Source: Candidatus Firestoneibacteriota bacterium
GTDB taxonomy: Bacteria; Oederibacteriota; D2-FULL-39-29; JBDRBU01
Direction: 5' to 3'
Assembly (NCBI GenBank): GCA_043822305.1
Contig: JBDRBU010000067.1
Coordinates: 1-38,415 of the forward strand
DNA length: 38,415 nucleotides
The translations under genes and the position numbers were made by a program. The notes below the pieces were generated by a model. The model had not been told where the DNA came from. It saw only the letters and a list, made by a program, of their open reading frames with translations, and ran no database searches. The stretch's first letter is position 1. Each line of letters starts with the position of its first letter. Positions 28,999-37,108 of this stretch are shown one piece after another.

Positions 28999-30588
28999 AT
29001 GTACAAAGTATTGGTAACGGATCCGATTGCAGAACAGGGTGTTGAAATTTTAAAGAAACAAAGTGATATTGATGTGGATGTTAAACTAAAAATTAAGCCA
29101 GAAGAACTTAAATCTATTATAGGAAATTATGATGCTTTAGTTGTTCGTTCTGAAACTAAAGTTACAGCAGATATTATTGAAGCAGGTAAGAACTTAAAAG
29201 TAATAGGCAGGGCCGGAGTAGGGGTTGATAATATTGATGTTCTTTCTTCTTCCAAGAAAGGTATTATTGTTATGAATACTCCAGATGGGAATACTATAGC
29301 CACGGCCGAACATACAATGTCTATGATTATGGCTTTATCTCGGAATATTCCTCAGGCGGATTTGTCAGTTAAGAGTAAAAAATGGGATAGAAAAAAATAC
29401 ATTGGAGTTGAATTATATGGAAAGATTTTAGGCATAATAGGACTTGGTAGGGTTGGAAAAGAAGTAGCCATTCGAGCAAAAAGTTTTGGGATGGAAATAA
29501 TTGGATATGACACATACTCGTCTAATGAAATGGCAAGAAAACTTGAAATTAGATTAGTGTCATTAGATGAATTAATATCTAAATCGGACTACATAACTGT
29601 TCATACGCCTCTCACAAAAGAAACAAAACATTTAATAGGTGAGAAAGAAATAGTAAAGATGAAAGAAGGGATAAGATTGATTAATTGTGCCAGAGGTGGT
29701 ATAATAGATGAGACAGCGCTTTTAAATGGTTTAAAATCCGGGAAAGTAGCCGGTGTGGCCTTAGATGTTTATGAAGTTGAACCACCGCCACAAGATTCCC
29801 CATTATTTAATTTAGAAAATGTAGTTTTAACTCCACATCTGGGTGCATCAACTGAAGAAGCGCAAATCAGTGTATCTGTAGCCGTAGCTAATCAAATAAT
29901 AGAAGCATTAAGAGGAGGAACAATAAGAAATGCAGTAAATTCGCCATCAATACCTGCTGATATATTAAATCAGATGAAACCGTATATTGACCTGTCAGAA
30001 ATATTAGGCAGAATACTTGTTCAAGTTATAGAAGGATATATTAAAAATATAAAAGTAGAATACAAAGGGCAGATTGTTGACTACAATACTTCATTTTTAA
30101 CATTAAGTATTGTAAAAGGGATTTTAACTCCAATGGTTAAAGAGCCAGTGAATTTTGTTAATGCACTATTAATCTTAAAAGAAAAAAATATTCTGGTTTC
30201 TGAATCAAAAAGCAATGAAGTCACGCATTATACTAATTTTATTGAGTTAGAAATTACTACTGATAAGGACAAAAAATTTTCTATTGCTGGGACCGTGTTT
30301 GGTAAAGATAGCATTAGGATAGTGGAATTAGGTAATTATGATATTGATTTAGAACCAGCGGAGAATATGCTTATTATATATAATTTAGATAAACCAGGTA
30401 TTGTGGGTAATATTGGAACGACACTTGGCCAAGAAAGGATAAATATAGCGAGTTTACAGATGGCCAGAAAAGAAAGTGGTGGTGAGGCTATGACGATATT
30501 AACCGTTGATAGTGTGGTCAATGATGAGATATTAAAAAAGATATCACAAATTGAAAATATCAAAGAAGTAAAATTTGTGAAAGGGTAA
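28999..30588 (+). CDS. serA: D-3-phosphoglycerate dehydrogenase (type I, ASB and ACT domains)
   Basis: GRAGVGVDN, GLGRVG, NCARGG, TPHLGASTEEAQ, DKPGIVG ACT domain. Confidence 0.96.
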   Translation: MYKVLVTDPIAEQGVEILKKQSDIDVDVKLKIKPEELKSIIGNYDALVVRSETKVTADIIEAGKNLKVIGRAGVGVDNIDVLSSSKKGIIVMNTPDGNTIATAEHTMSMIMALSRNIPQADLSVKSKKWDRKKYIGVELYGKILGIIGLGRVGKEVAIRAKSFGMEIIGYDTYSSNEMARKLEIRLVSLDELISKSDYITVHTPLTKETKHLIGEKEIVKMKEGIRLINCARGGIIDETALLNGLKSGKVAGVALDVYEVEPPPQDSPLFNLENVVLTPHLGASTEEAQISVSVAVANQIIEALRGGTIRNAVNSPSIPADILNQMKPYIDLSEILGRILVQVIEGYIKNIKVEYKGQIVDYNTSFLTLSIVKGILTPMVKEPVNFVNALLILKEKNILVSESKSNEVTHYTNFIELEITTDKDKKFSIAGTVFGKDSIRIVELGNYDIDLEPAENMLIIYNLDKPGIVGNIGTTLGQERINIASLQMARKESGGEAMTILTVDSVVNDEILKKISQIENIKEVKFVKG

Positions 30589-30600
30589 CCAGGAGAAATG

Positions 30601-30640
30601 GGCAGACCAAAGAAAAAATAATAGGTATCTGTCCCTATTT
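30601..30640 (+). repeat. CTGTCCCT-family element, copy 7 (with GRPKKK* tail)
   Basis: AATAGGTATCTGTCCCTATTT (30620-30640) identical to 33517-33537. Confidence 0.9.
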
Positions 30641-30650
30641 TTGAAATAAT

Positions 30651-32933
30651 ATGGAAAAACAAATATTTACATTTGGATTGCAGATGCCAACACCGCTCCT
30701 TGTTTTTATTTTAGTGGCCATACCTGTAGCTGTTATTCTTCTATATAGATGGGTAGTTATTAAAGTATCGACCAAGGATAAAATCATTTTTGCTATTATT
30801 AGAATTTTAATGTTGTATTTATTGTTTGCTTGTATTATGCAACCGGTGATAAGAGGCAAGAAATTAAATGAAGCATATTTTGCAGTTCTAATTGATGCTT
30901 CAAAGAGTATGACTCTTGATGATGCAGAAGGCGGTAAACAAAGAATAGAAGTAGCAAAAAAATTAATTAGTTCAGGAGATTTGATAAAAGAGTTACAAAA
31001 AACATTTAAAGGTAATACTATAAAGTACTACAGTTTTGCCATGGACTCAAAACCTTTGTCTAAAGATATCCTGGAGTTAAAAGCTGATGGTGAAAAAACA
31101 GATTTAGTGAAAGCGGTAAATTCAACAGTAGATGCTTTGCAAACCGTTCCACTTTCAGGTATGCTTTGTATTACTGATGGTGTTGATAATGTTAATTCTC
31201 CGAATGTAGTGTCTCAGTTAGGATACTCTATGAGGGAAAAGGCAATTCCTCTTTATTTTGTAGGTGTAGGTAGTGAAGTAAAACTTAAAGATGTGCAGGT
31301 AACAGAAGTAACAGGTCCTGATGCTATTGAAGAGAAACAGCCGCTTACTTTAAATATTACATTTTCAAGTCAAGGTTATCCGGCAAAAACTGTTCCGGTC
31401 TCAATTTACGAGGATGAGAAGTTAATTAAGAAGTTTGATCAACATTTACCAGCAGACGGAACAATAGGGGCTAAGTTTAGTCATAATCCAACAGGAATTG
31501 GATTTAGAAGATATAAAGCAGACATACCTATAGATAAAGATGAATTTGTTAAGGACAATAACTCTTCTTTTTTTACAGTCAATATTATAAAGAAAAAAGA
31601 AAAGCTGAGAATATTATTTGTTCAGGGTTTCATAAGCGAAGAATTCAGGTTTATTAGTCGAACCTTAAAAGTGGATCCTGATTTAGAGTTAGTTTCTATT
31701 TCTCGTTCTGGACCTGGCACATATTTAATTTCGGGCGTGAAAGATGATAAGGAATATGCTGCACTTTCTGCTGGCTTTCCAAAAGATAAAGAAGCATTAT
31801 ATAGATACGATGCTATAGTTTTTACTAATTTAACCCCAGACTTCTTTAACAAGGAGCAGTTAGATACATTATCTGATTTTGTGAAATCACATGGTGGAGG
31901 GTTTTTAGCCTTAGGTTCAAGTGATAATTTTAAACCAGCATGGAATAATACTCCTGTTGCTGATATGTTACCTGTTATTCTGGAGAAAGACGCTTCATTA
32001 TTCAGGTCTTTTCCTACTTTACCAGAAGGGCCATCAAATCCATATGAATTTAAGATGGAACTAACACCGGAAGGAATGATGCATGAAATATTTATAAACG
32101 AAGGTGATTTTAAGAAGGATAAGGAAAAATGGGAATCTATGCCAACTTTATATGGGTATGCTCCAGTGGTTAAAGCAAAAGCAGGAAGTACAGTTTTAAG
32201 TGTTCATAATAAAGATAAAAATCAGAATGGTCGAAGAATAATACTTGCCGTTCAAAATTATGGTGCCGGCAAGACGGCGGCCTTAACTGTTGATTCGTTA
32301 TGGAGATGGAGGTTAAAGAGTCCATCAACAGATAAAAGTTATGAAAAATTCTGGAGGCAGTTGATACACTGGTTAACTACTGAAAGGTTAGAAAAAATAA
32401 GTTTAAAAATAGACAGGAATTTTTATGCAGTTAAAGAAAATGTAAAGATCGAAGTAGCAGTGTTTGAAAGAGAATTTCAATCTAAAGCTACTAATGTTAC
32501 CGCAAATATAATAGACCCTCAAGGGAAATTGAATAAAGTAAAATTAGATTTTTCTATAGGTGGTAATTGGGAGTATGAAGGCAAGTTTGTTCCACAGATG
32601 AGAGGTGGTTACAGGATAAAAGTGATAGCGAAAAATAGTTTTGGCCAGGAACTATTAAGTAACGAAATTTATTTTGATGTTAGAGAAACAGGCTTAGAGT
32701 TTTCCAATGTTACACTAAATGAAACTGGTTTAATGTCTTTAGCCTCAATAAGTAATGGGAAATATTATAAACCAAATGAAGTTACCAGTAAAATTAGTAA
32801 AGATTTAACAAAAGCAAATGTATTTTATATACAGGTAGATAAGGATTTATGGGATAGCCCCTGGGTCCTGGGTGCATTTATTTTCTTGTTTGCCCTAGAA
32901 TGGATTTTAAGAAAAATGAAAGGGTTAATTTAG
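30651..32933 (+). CDS. Membrane protein with VWA, Ig-like and glutamine-amidotransferase-like domains
   Basis: Two N-terminal TMs, MIDAS DASKS, ITDGVDN, GGGFLALG, LWRWR, C-terminal LWDSP...EWILRK TM. Confidence 0.75.
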   Translation: MEKQIFTFGLQMPTPLLVFILVAIPVAVILLYRWVVIKVSTKDKIIFAIIRILMLYLLFACIMQPVIRGKKLNEAYFAVLIDASKSMTLDDAEGGKQRIEVAKKLISSGDLIKELQKTFKGNTIKYYSFAMDSKPLSKDILELKADGEKTDLVKAVNSTVDALQTVPLSGMLCITDGVDNVNSPNVVSQLGYSMREKAIPLYFVGVGSEVKLKDVQVTEVTGPDAIEEKQPLTLNITFSSQGYPAKTVPVSIYEDEKLIKKFDQHLPADGTIGAKFSHNPTGIGFRRYKADIPIDKDEFVKDNNSSFFTVNIIKKKEKLRILFVQGFISEEFRFISRTLKVDPDLELVSISRSGPGTYLISGVKDDKEYAALSAGFPKDKEALYRYDAIVFTNLTPDFFNKEQLDTLSDFVKSHGGGFLALGSSDNFKPAWNNTPVADMLPVILEKDASLFRSFPTLPEGPSNPYEFKMELTPEGMMHEIFINEGDFKKDKEKWESMPTLYGYAPVVKAKAGSTVLSVHNKDKNQNGRRIILAVQNYGAGKTAALTVDSLWRWRLKSPSTDKSYEKFWRQLIHWLTTERLEKISLKIDRNFYAVKENVKIEVAVFEREFQSKATNVTANIIDPQGKLNKVKLDFSIGGNWEYEGKFVPQMRGGYRIKVIAKNSFGQELLSNEIYFDVRETGLEFSNVTLNETGLMSLASISNGKYYKPNEVTSKISKDLTKANVFYIQVDKDLWDSPWVLGAFIFLFALEWILRKMKGLI

Positions 32934-32945
32934 GAGGTTGAAAAT

Positions 32946-33488
32946 ATGATAGAGATAAGGCTTCATGGTAGGGGTGGTCAGGGTGTTGTCACTGCTGCTG
33001 AACTACTGGCCATATCAGCATTTTCGGATGGAAAGTATATTCAAGCGTTTCCTACATTTGGTTCTGAAAGGATGGGTGCACCTGTAGCCTCGTTTGTAAG
33101 AATTTCTGATAAAAATATTAGGGTCAGATCACAAATCTATGAGCCGGATTATGTTATTGTCCAGGATTCAGCTTTAATAGGAAGTGTAGATGTGTTTGCT
33201 GGATTAAAAAAAGATGGGTTAGTTCTTATAAATACCGAAAAACAGCCATCCGAATTGAAATTGAAAGATGTAAAAAATGTTAAGACAATCCCTGCTACAA
33301 AAATAGCTATAGAAATTTTAGGGAGGCCAATACCAAACACAGTTTTAATAGGTGCTTTCGCTGGATTAACTGGATTAGTTTCATTAGATGGAATAAAGAA
33401 AGCAATGAGAGAAAGGTTTAAATCAGTAGAAATAGCAGAAAAGAATATTTTAGCGGCTGAAAAAGCATATAAGATGATGAGAAAGTAA
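32946..33488 (+). CDS. porC: Pyruvate/2-oxoacid:ferredoxin oxidoreductase gamma subunit
   Basis: EIRLHGRGGQGVVT, FGSERMGAPV, PNTVLIGA. Confidence 0.93.
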   Translation: MIEIRLHGRGGQGVVTAAELLAISAFSDGKYIQAFPTFGSERMGAPVASFVRISDKNIRVRSQIYEPDYVIVQDSALIGSVDVFAGLKKDGLVLINTEKQPSELKLKDVKNVKTIPATKIAIEILGRPIPNTVLIGAFAGLTGLVSLDGIKKAMRERFKSVEIAEKNILAAEKAYKMMRK

Positions 33489-33500
33489 AATTGAAATTGA

Positions 33501-33537
33501 GGAACACCATTTAAAAAATAGGTATCTGTCCCTATTT
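33501..33537 (+). repeat. CTGTCCCT-family element, copy 8 (with GTPFKK* tail)
   Basis: AAATAGG-tatctgtc-CCTATTT stem-loop; 21 bp identical to copy 7. Confidence 0.9.
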
Positions 33538-33576
33538 AAAAATAGAAAACTGTTGACTGTTTGAAAGGAGATGTGT

Positions 33577-33846
33577 ATGTCGGCCATAAGAGCAAAAAAT
33601 ATTTTGATAGGAAAACCAGGTTCGTCTTTAGCCAATAAGACAGGAACATGGCGGGTCTACTACCCAGTAGTTGATAAGGATAAATGCAATGCTTGTAATA
33701 TCTGTTATTTGTCCTGCCCGGATGGTTGTATATCCGGGGATAAGATCAAAAAATATGAAGCAAATTTGGATTATTGCAAGGGTTGTGGAATATGTGCTAA
33801 TGTTTGTCTAAAGCAAGCGATAGCCATGGTAAAGGAGGAGAAGTGA
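33577..33846 (+). CDS. porD: Pyruvate/2-oxoacid:ferredoxin oxidoreductase delta subunit (2x[4Fe-4S])
   Basis: KTGTWR, CNACNICYLSCP, CKGCGICANVC; AAGGAG RBS. Confidence 0.92.
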   Translation: MSAIRAKNILIGKPGSSLANKTGTWRVYYPVVDKDKCNACNICYLSCPDGCISGDKIKKYEANLDYCKGCGICANVCLKQAIAMVKEEK

Positions 33847-35021
33847 AAAAAGTAATAGAAGGTTTAAAAGCAATTGCTGAGACGGTAACATTATGCAGAC
33901 CGAAAGTAATCTCAGCCTATCCCATTACTCCTCAAACTCATATAGTTGAAGAATTGGCCCAGATAGTAGCCGATGGAAGATTGAAAACAGAGTTTATAAA
34001 TGTAGAAAGTGAATTTTCGGCGGCATCTGTTGTGTTAGGTGCGTCGGCTACTGGAGTTAGAGTATATACGGCCACATCTTCGCAAGGGTTACTTCTTATG
34101 TTAGAGGTTTTATTTAACATAGCCGGGATGAGGTTACCCGTGGTTCTATCTTGTGCCAATAGATCGGTATCAGCACCAATAAATATTTGGAACGATTGGC
34201 AGGATGCTTTAACAGTCAGGGATGCTGGTTTAATACAAATTTACGCAGAAGATAATCAAGAAGCGTGTGATATGCATATTCAGGCATATAAAATTGCCGA
34301 AGACCATAATGTTATGTTGCCGATTATTGTAAACTTTGATGGATTTATTTTAACCCATTCATATGACCCAATTGAATTTCCTACTCAAGAAGAAGTGGAT
34401 AAGTTTTTACCTCCTTATCAGCCCTTAGAACATTTGGATGTGAAAAATCCAATGTCATTCGGATTGATGGCCGGACCGGACAGGTATATGGAAACTCGCT
34501 ATGCGCTTTCCGAATCAATAAAGGCATCAAAACCCATAATTAAAAAAGTTGCAGAAGATTTTAAAAAAGCATTTGGAAGATATTATGGTGGATTAGTCGA
34601 AGAGTATAAAACAGATGATGCCGAGATAGTTATAATTTCAATGGGCTCAATAATAAGTACGATAAAAGATGTTGTTGATGAATTAAGGGATGAAGGTCAA
34701 AAAGTAGGAGTTCTAAAAATAAGAACATACAGACCGTTTCCCAGAGAAGAAGTTTTGGAAATATTAAAAGACAGAAAAAAAATTGTAATAATTGAAAAAT
34801 GTATTTCAATAGGGGCCCCCGGAATTTTAACTGGTGATGTTAAATGCTCTTTATATGGAATAAAAAATCCGCCAGATATTAGTAATTTTATAATGGGATT
34901 AGGTGGAAGAGATATAAAGAAAGAAGATATACGACAAGTTATAAAAATTTCAGAAAAAGAAGTAAAAGAAAACGAATTTTATGGATTAGATGAAAAAATA
35001 TTAAAGGAGATGGATATATGA
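33843..35021 (+). CDS. porA: Pyruvate/2-oxoacid:ferredoxin oxidoreductase alpha subunit
   Basis: AYPITPQT, VESE, TATSSQGL, GLGGRD; GTG start overlapping the porD stop. Confidence 0.94.
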   Translation: MKKVIEGLKAIAETVTLCRPKVISAYPITPQTHIVEELAQIVADGRLKTEFINVESEFSAASVVLGASATGVRVYTATSSQGLLLMLEVLFNIAGMRLPVVLSCANRSVSAPINIWNDWQDALTVRDAGLIQIYAEDNQEACDMHIQAYKIAEDHNVMLPIIVNFDGFILTHSYDPIEFPTQEEVDKFLPPYQPLEHLDVKNPMSFGLMAGPDRYMETRYALSESIKASKPIIKKVAEDFKKAFGRYYGGLVEEYKTDDAEIVIISMGSIISTIKDVVDELRDEGQKVGVLKIRTYRPFPREEVLEILKDRKKIVIIEKCISIGAPGILTGDVKCSLYGIKNPPDISNFIMGLGGRDIKKEDIRQVIKISEKEVKENEFYGLDEKILKEMDI

Positions 35022-35965
35022 TTGAAACCAAGGAATTACCAAAAGAACTCTTTTTTAGCGGACATACGGCTTGCTCTGGCTGTGGTGTATCACTGGCCGC
35101 CAGATTGGTTTTTCTGGTAACAGGTCCAAATGTAATAGCAACTAATGTGACCGGATGTCTGGAGGTATTTACGACAAGGTCGCCACAGACTGCATGGGGA
35201 ATTCCCTGGATCCATTCTTTGTTTGAAAACGCAGCATCTGTGGCTACTGGAATATCAGCAGCATTAAAAACTCTTGGGCAAGAAGATAAAGTTAAAGTAA
35301 TAGCCATGGGTGGAGATGGTGGAACAGCAGATATTGGATTTGGTATTATAAGTGGAATGTGGGAAAGAGATGATGACATTTTGTATATCTGCTATGATAA
35401 TGAAGCGTATATGAATACAGGAATCCAGAGAAGTGGTTTAACTCCATTTAGATGTGCTACTTCTACATCACCATCTGGCAAAATCTCATTAGGAAATCAA
35501 AGGCCAAAGAAAAATTTACCTGCAATTGCTGTTGCTCATGGAGTCAAATATGTAGCCACGGCCACTGTTGGATATACCAAGGATCTACAGAATAAGGTAA
35601 AAAAAGCTTTAAGTATCAAAGGGTCAAAATATATTCAGATACTTACTCCCTGTCCACTTGGCTGGGGATTTGATACTTCTTTAACCATTCAAATGGCAAA
35701 ACTTGCAGTTGAGACTGGATTAAATCCTGTCTATGAAATAGAAAATGGAAAATTAAGTTCGGTCCTTTCTGTAAAAAGAAAACCAGTAGAAGAATTTTTA
35801 AAATCACAAGCAAGATTTAAACATTTGTTTACCAAAGAAGGTGGAGCAGAAATAATCAAAGAAATCCAAAAAATAGCAGATGAAAACTTTGAAAAGTTTA
35901 TAGTCTGCCCGCATAAGGCGGGCAACTATTCCCACTCTGATTGCTTTGCAATCAAGTATTCCTAA
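35018..35965 (+). CDS. porB: Pyruvate/2-oxoacid:ferredoxin oxidoreductase beta subunit (TPP-binding)
   Basis: GHTACSGCG, TGCLEV, GGDGG...DNEAYMNTGIQRS, PCPLGW. Confidence 0.94.
   Translation: MIETKELPKELFFSGHTACSGCGVSLAARLVFLVTGPNVIATNVTGCLEVFTTRSPQTAWGIPWIHSLFENAASVATGISAALKTLGQEDKVKVIAMGGDGGTADIGFGIISGMWERDDDILYICYDNEAYMNTGIQRSGLTPFRCATSTSPSGKISLGNQRPKKNLPAIAVAHGVKYVATATVGYTKDLQNKVKKALSIKGSKYIQILTPCPLGWGFDTSLTIQMAKLAVETGLNPVYEIENGKLSSVLSVKRKPVEEFLKSQARFKHLFTKEGGAEIIKEIQKIADENFEKFIVCPHKAGNYSHSDCFAIKYS
35900..35954. repeat. Two REP-like hairpins inside the porB 3' end
   Basis: ATAGT-c-TGCCCGC-ataag-GCGGGCA-ACTAT (35900-35929) and TGATTGC-ttt-GCAATCA (35938-35954). Confidence 0.7.
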
Positions 35966-36138
35966 TATATTGATTTTACATTAAAGTAAGTCATAATATT
36001 ATTTGTTTACATTATGGAAAGTCAAAGTGGAACAAAAAGATTTATAATATTTTTGATTGGTAGATAATTAGATGCAATTAAATTAAACGAAATTATAACC
36101 GATTTTTAAAGAATTATTTCAATTGGAGGTGATCAAAA

Positions 36139-36327
36139 ATGATAGATGTAAAACAGCAAGTTATACAAATGATTCAATCTCTTCCTAAAAATGTTACAGT
36201 TGACGATATTATGGCTGAGTTATATTTCAAGATACAAGTTGATGCTGGGTTAAAAGAGTTGGATGAAGGGAAAGGAATACCACACGAGGAAATTGAAGAA
36301 AGGATGTCTAAATGGCTTACAAAATAA
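36139..36327 (+). CDS. Putative antitoxin of a type II TA pair
   Basis: 62 aa, acidic, GLKELDEGKGIPHEE tail; GGAGGTG RBS; overlaps the toxin gene. Confidence 0.75.
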   Translation: MIDVKQQVIQMIQSLPKNVTVDDIMAELYFKIQVDAGLKELDEGKGIPHEEIEERMSKWLTK

Positions 36328-36611
36328 GATGGTCTCCGCGTGCTGCTTCTAATCTTGAAGAGATTTGTGATTACATTGGTAAAGATTCTGTGTATTACGC
36401 TGGTCTTTTTGCAAAGAAAGTAAATGCTATTGTCAAATTTATTCCACAATTTCCTAAAGCTGGTCGAATTGTTCCGGAATATGGAGATGAGAATTTACGA
36501 GAAAGGATTTATGAAAATTATAGAATAGTTTATCGCCTTAAAGGAGATATTGTTGAAATAGTTACAATATCCCATGGAGTAAAGATATTAGATGTGAATA
36601 ATATTAGGTGA
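36312..36611 (+). CDS. RelE/ParE family toxin
   Basis: WSPRAASNLEEICDYI, FPKAGRIVPE, RERIYENYRIVYR, ISHG. Confidence 0.9.
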   Translation: MAYKIRWSPRAASNLEEICDYIGKDSVYYAGLFAKKVNAIVKFIPQFPKAGRIVPEYGDENLRERIYENYRIVYRLKGDIVEIVTISHGVKILDVNNIR

Positions 36612-36667
36612 GGCAACTGTTATATGCAATTGCAACTTTTCAAATTATAATTTTTTTTTGATATATT

Positions 36668-37108
36668 ATGATTAAATGCTATCAACATACACAAATTAGC
36701 TACTTGGCTATAATTCAATCAACCATTCCACTACTTTTCATTGCTTGTCTTATGGTTGTTTATGGTTTCAATTGGGGTCTCTTCGTAGTTCTGCTTTTCT
36801 TTGGAGTTTGTCTGGTATTATCCGCCACATTAACTGTAGTTATTGAGGAAGATGTTCTTGAAGTTCGATTCGGGATAGGAGTCATTCGAAAGAAATTCCT
36901 CTTGAAAGATATTGAAACATGCCAGATTGTGAAAAACCCTTGGTACTATGGTTGCGGAATTTACCTGTCCCCCTCTGGCTGGCTTTATAATGTTTCTGGC
37001 TCTTATGCTGTTGAGATTAAAATGAAGACAGGCAAGAAATATCGAATTGGTACTGATGTTCCAGATGACCTTGAGAAATCTATTCAACTATTTGTTGATA
37101 AGAAATGA
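36668..37108 (+). CDS. Small membrane protein (2 TM plus bPH-like domain)
   Basis: YQHTQ, two hydrophobic helices, PWYYG.GI...GWLYNVSG, YRIGTD.P. Confidence 0.7.
   Translation: MIKCYQHTQISYLAIIQSTIPLLFIACLMVVYGFNWGLFVVLLFFGVCLVLSATLTVVIEEDVLEVRFGIGVIRKKFLLKDIETCQIVKNPWYYGCGIYLSPSGWLYNVSGSYAVEIKMKTGKKYRIGTDVPDDLEKSIQLFVDKK

Noticed and set aside
30591..30621. Leader peptide MGRPKKK with AGGAG RBS
   Set aside because: SD-ATG spacing is only 2 nt; better read as a transposase C-terminal remnant attached to element copy 7
4558..33842. Longer ORF-track starts for res (4558), proS (7858), receiver (17059), MTase (26378), serA (28993), porD (33571) and porA (33804)
   Set aside because: Downstream starts fit RBS position, stop/start coupling or family N-termini better
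36604..36617. 13/14 inverted match to the right-hand TGT terminus, suggesting a composite transposon
   Set aside because: Lacks the terminal ACA and the second subterminal repeat, and overlaps toxin coding sequence; may be chance
36965..36972. Extra CTGTCCCC core (also AGGGTCAG at 33120-33127)
   Set aside because: They lack the A-rich/T-rich flanks and stem and fall in ordinary coding sequence; likely chance
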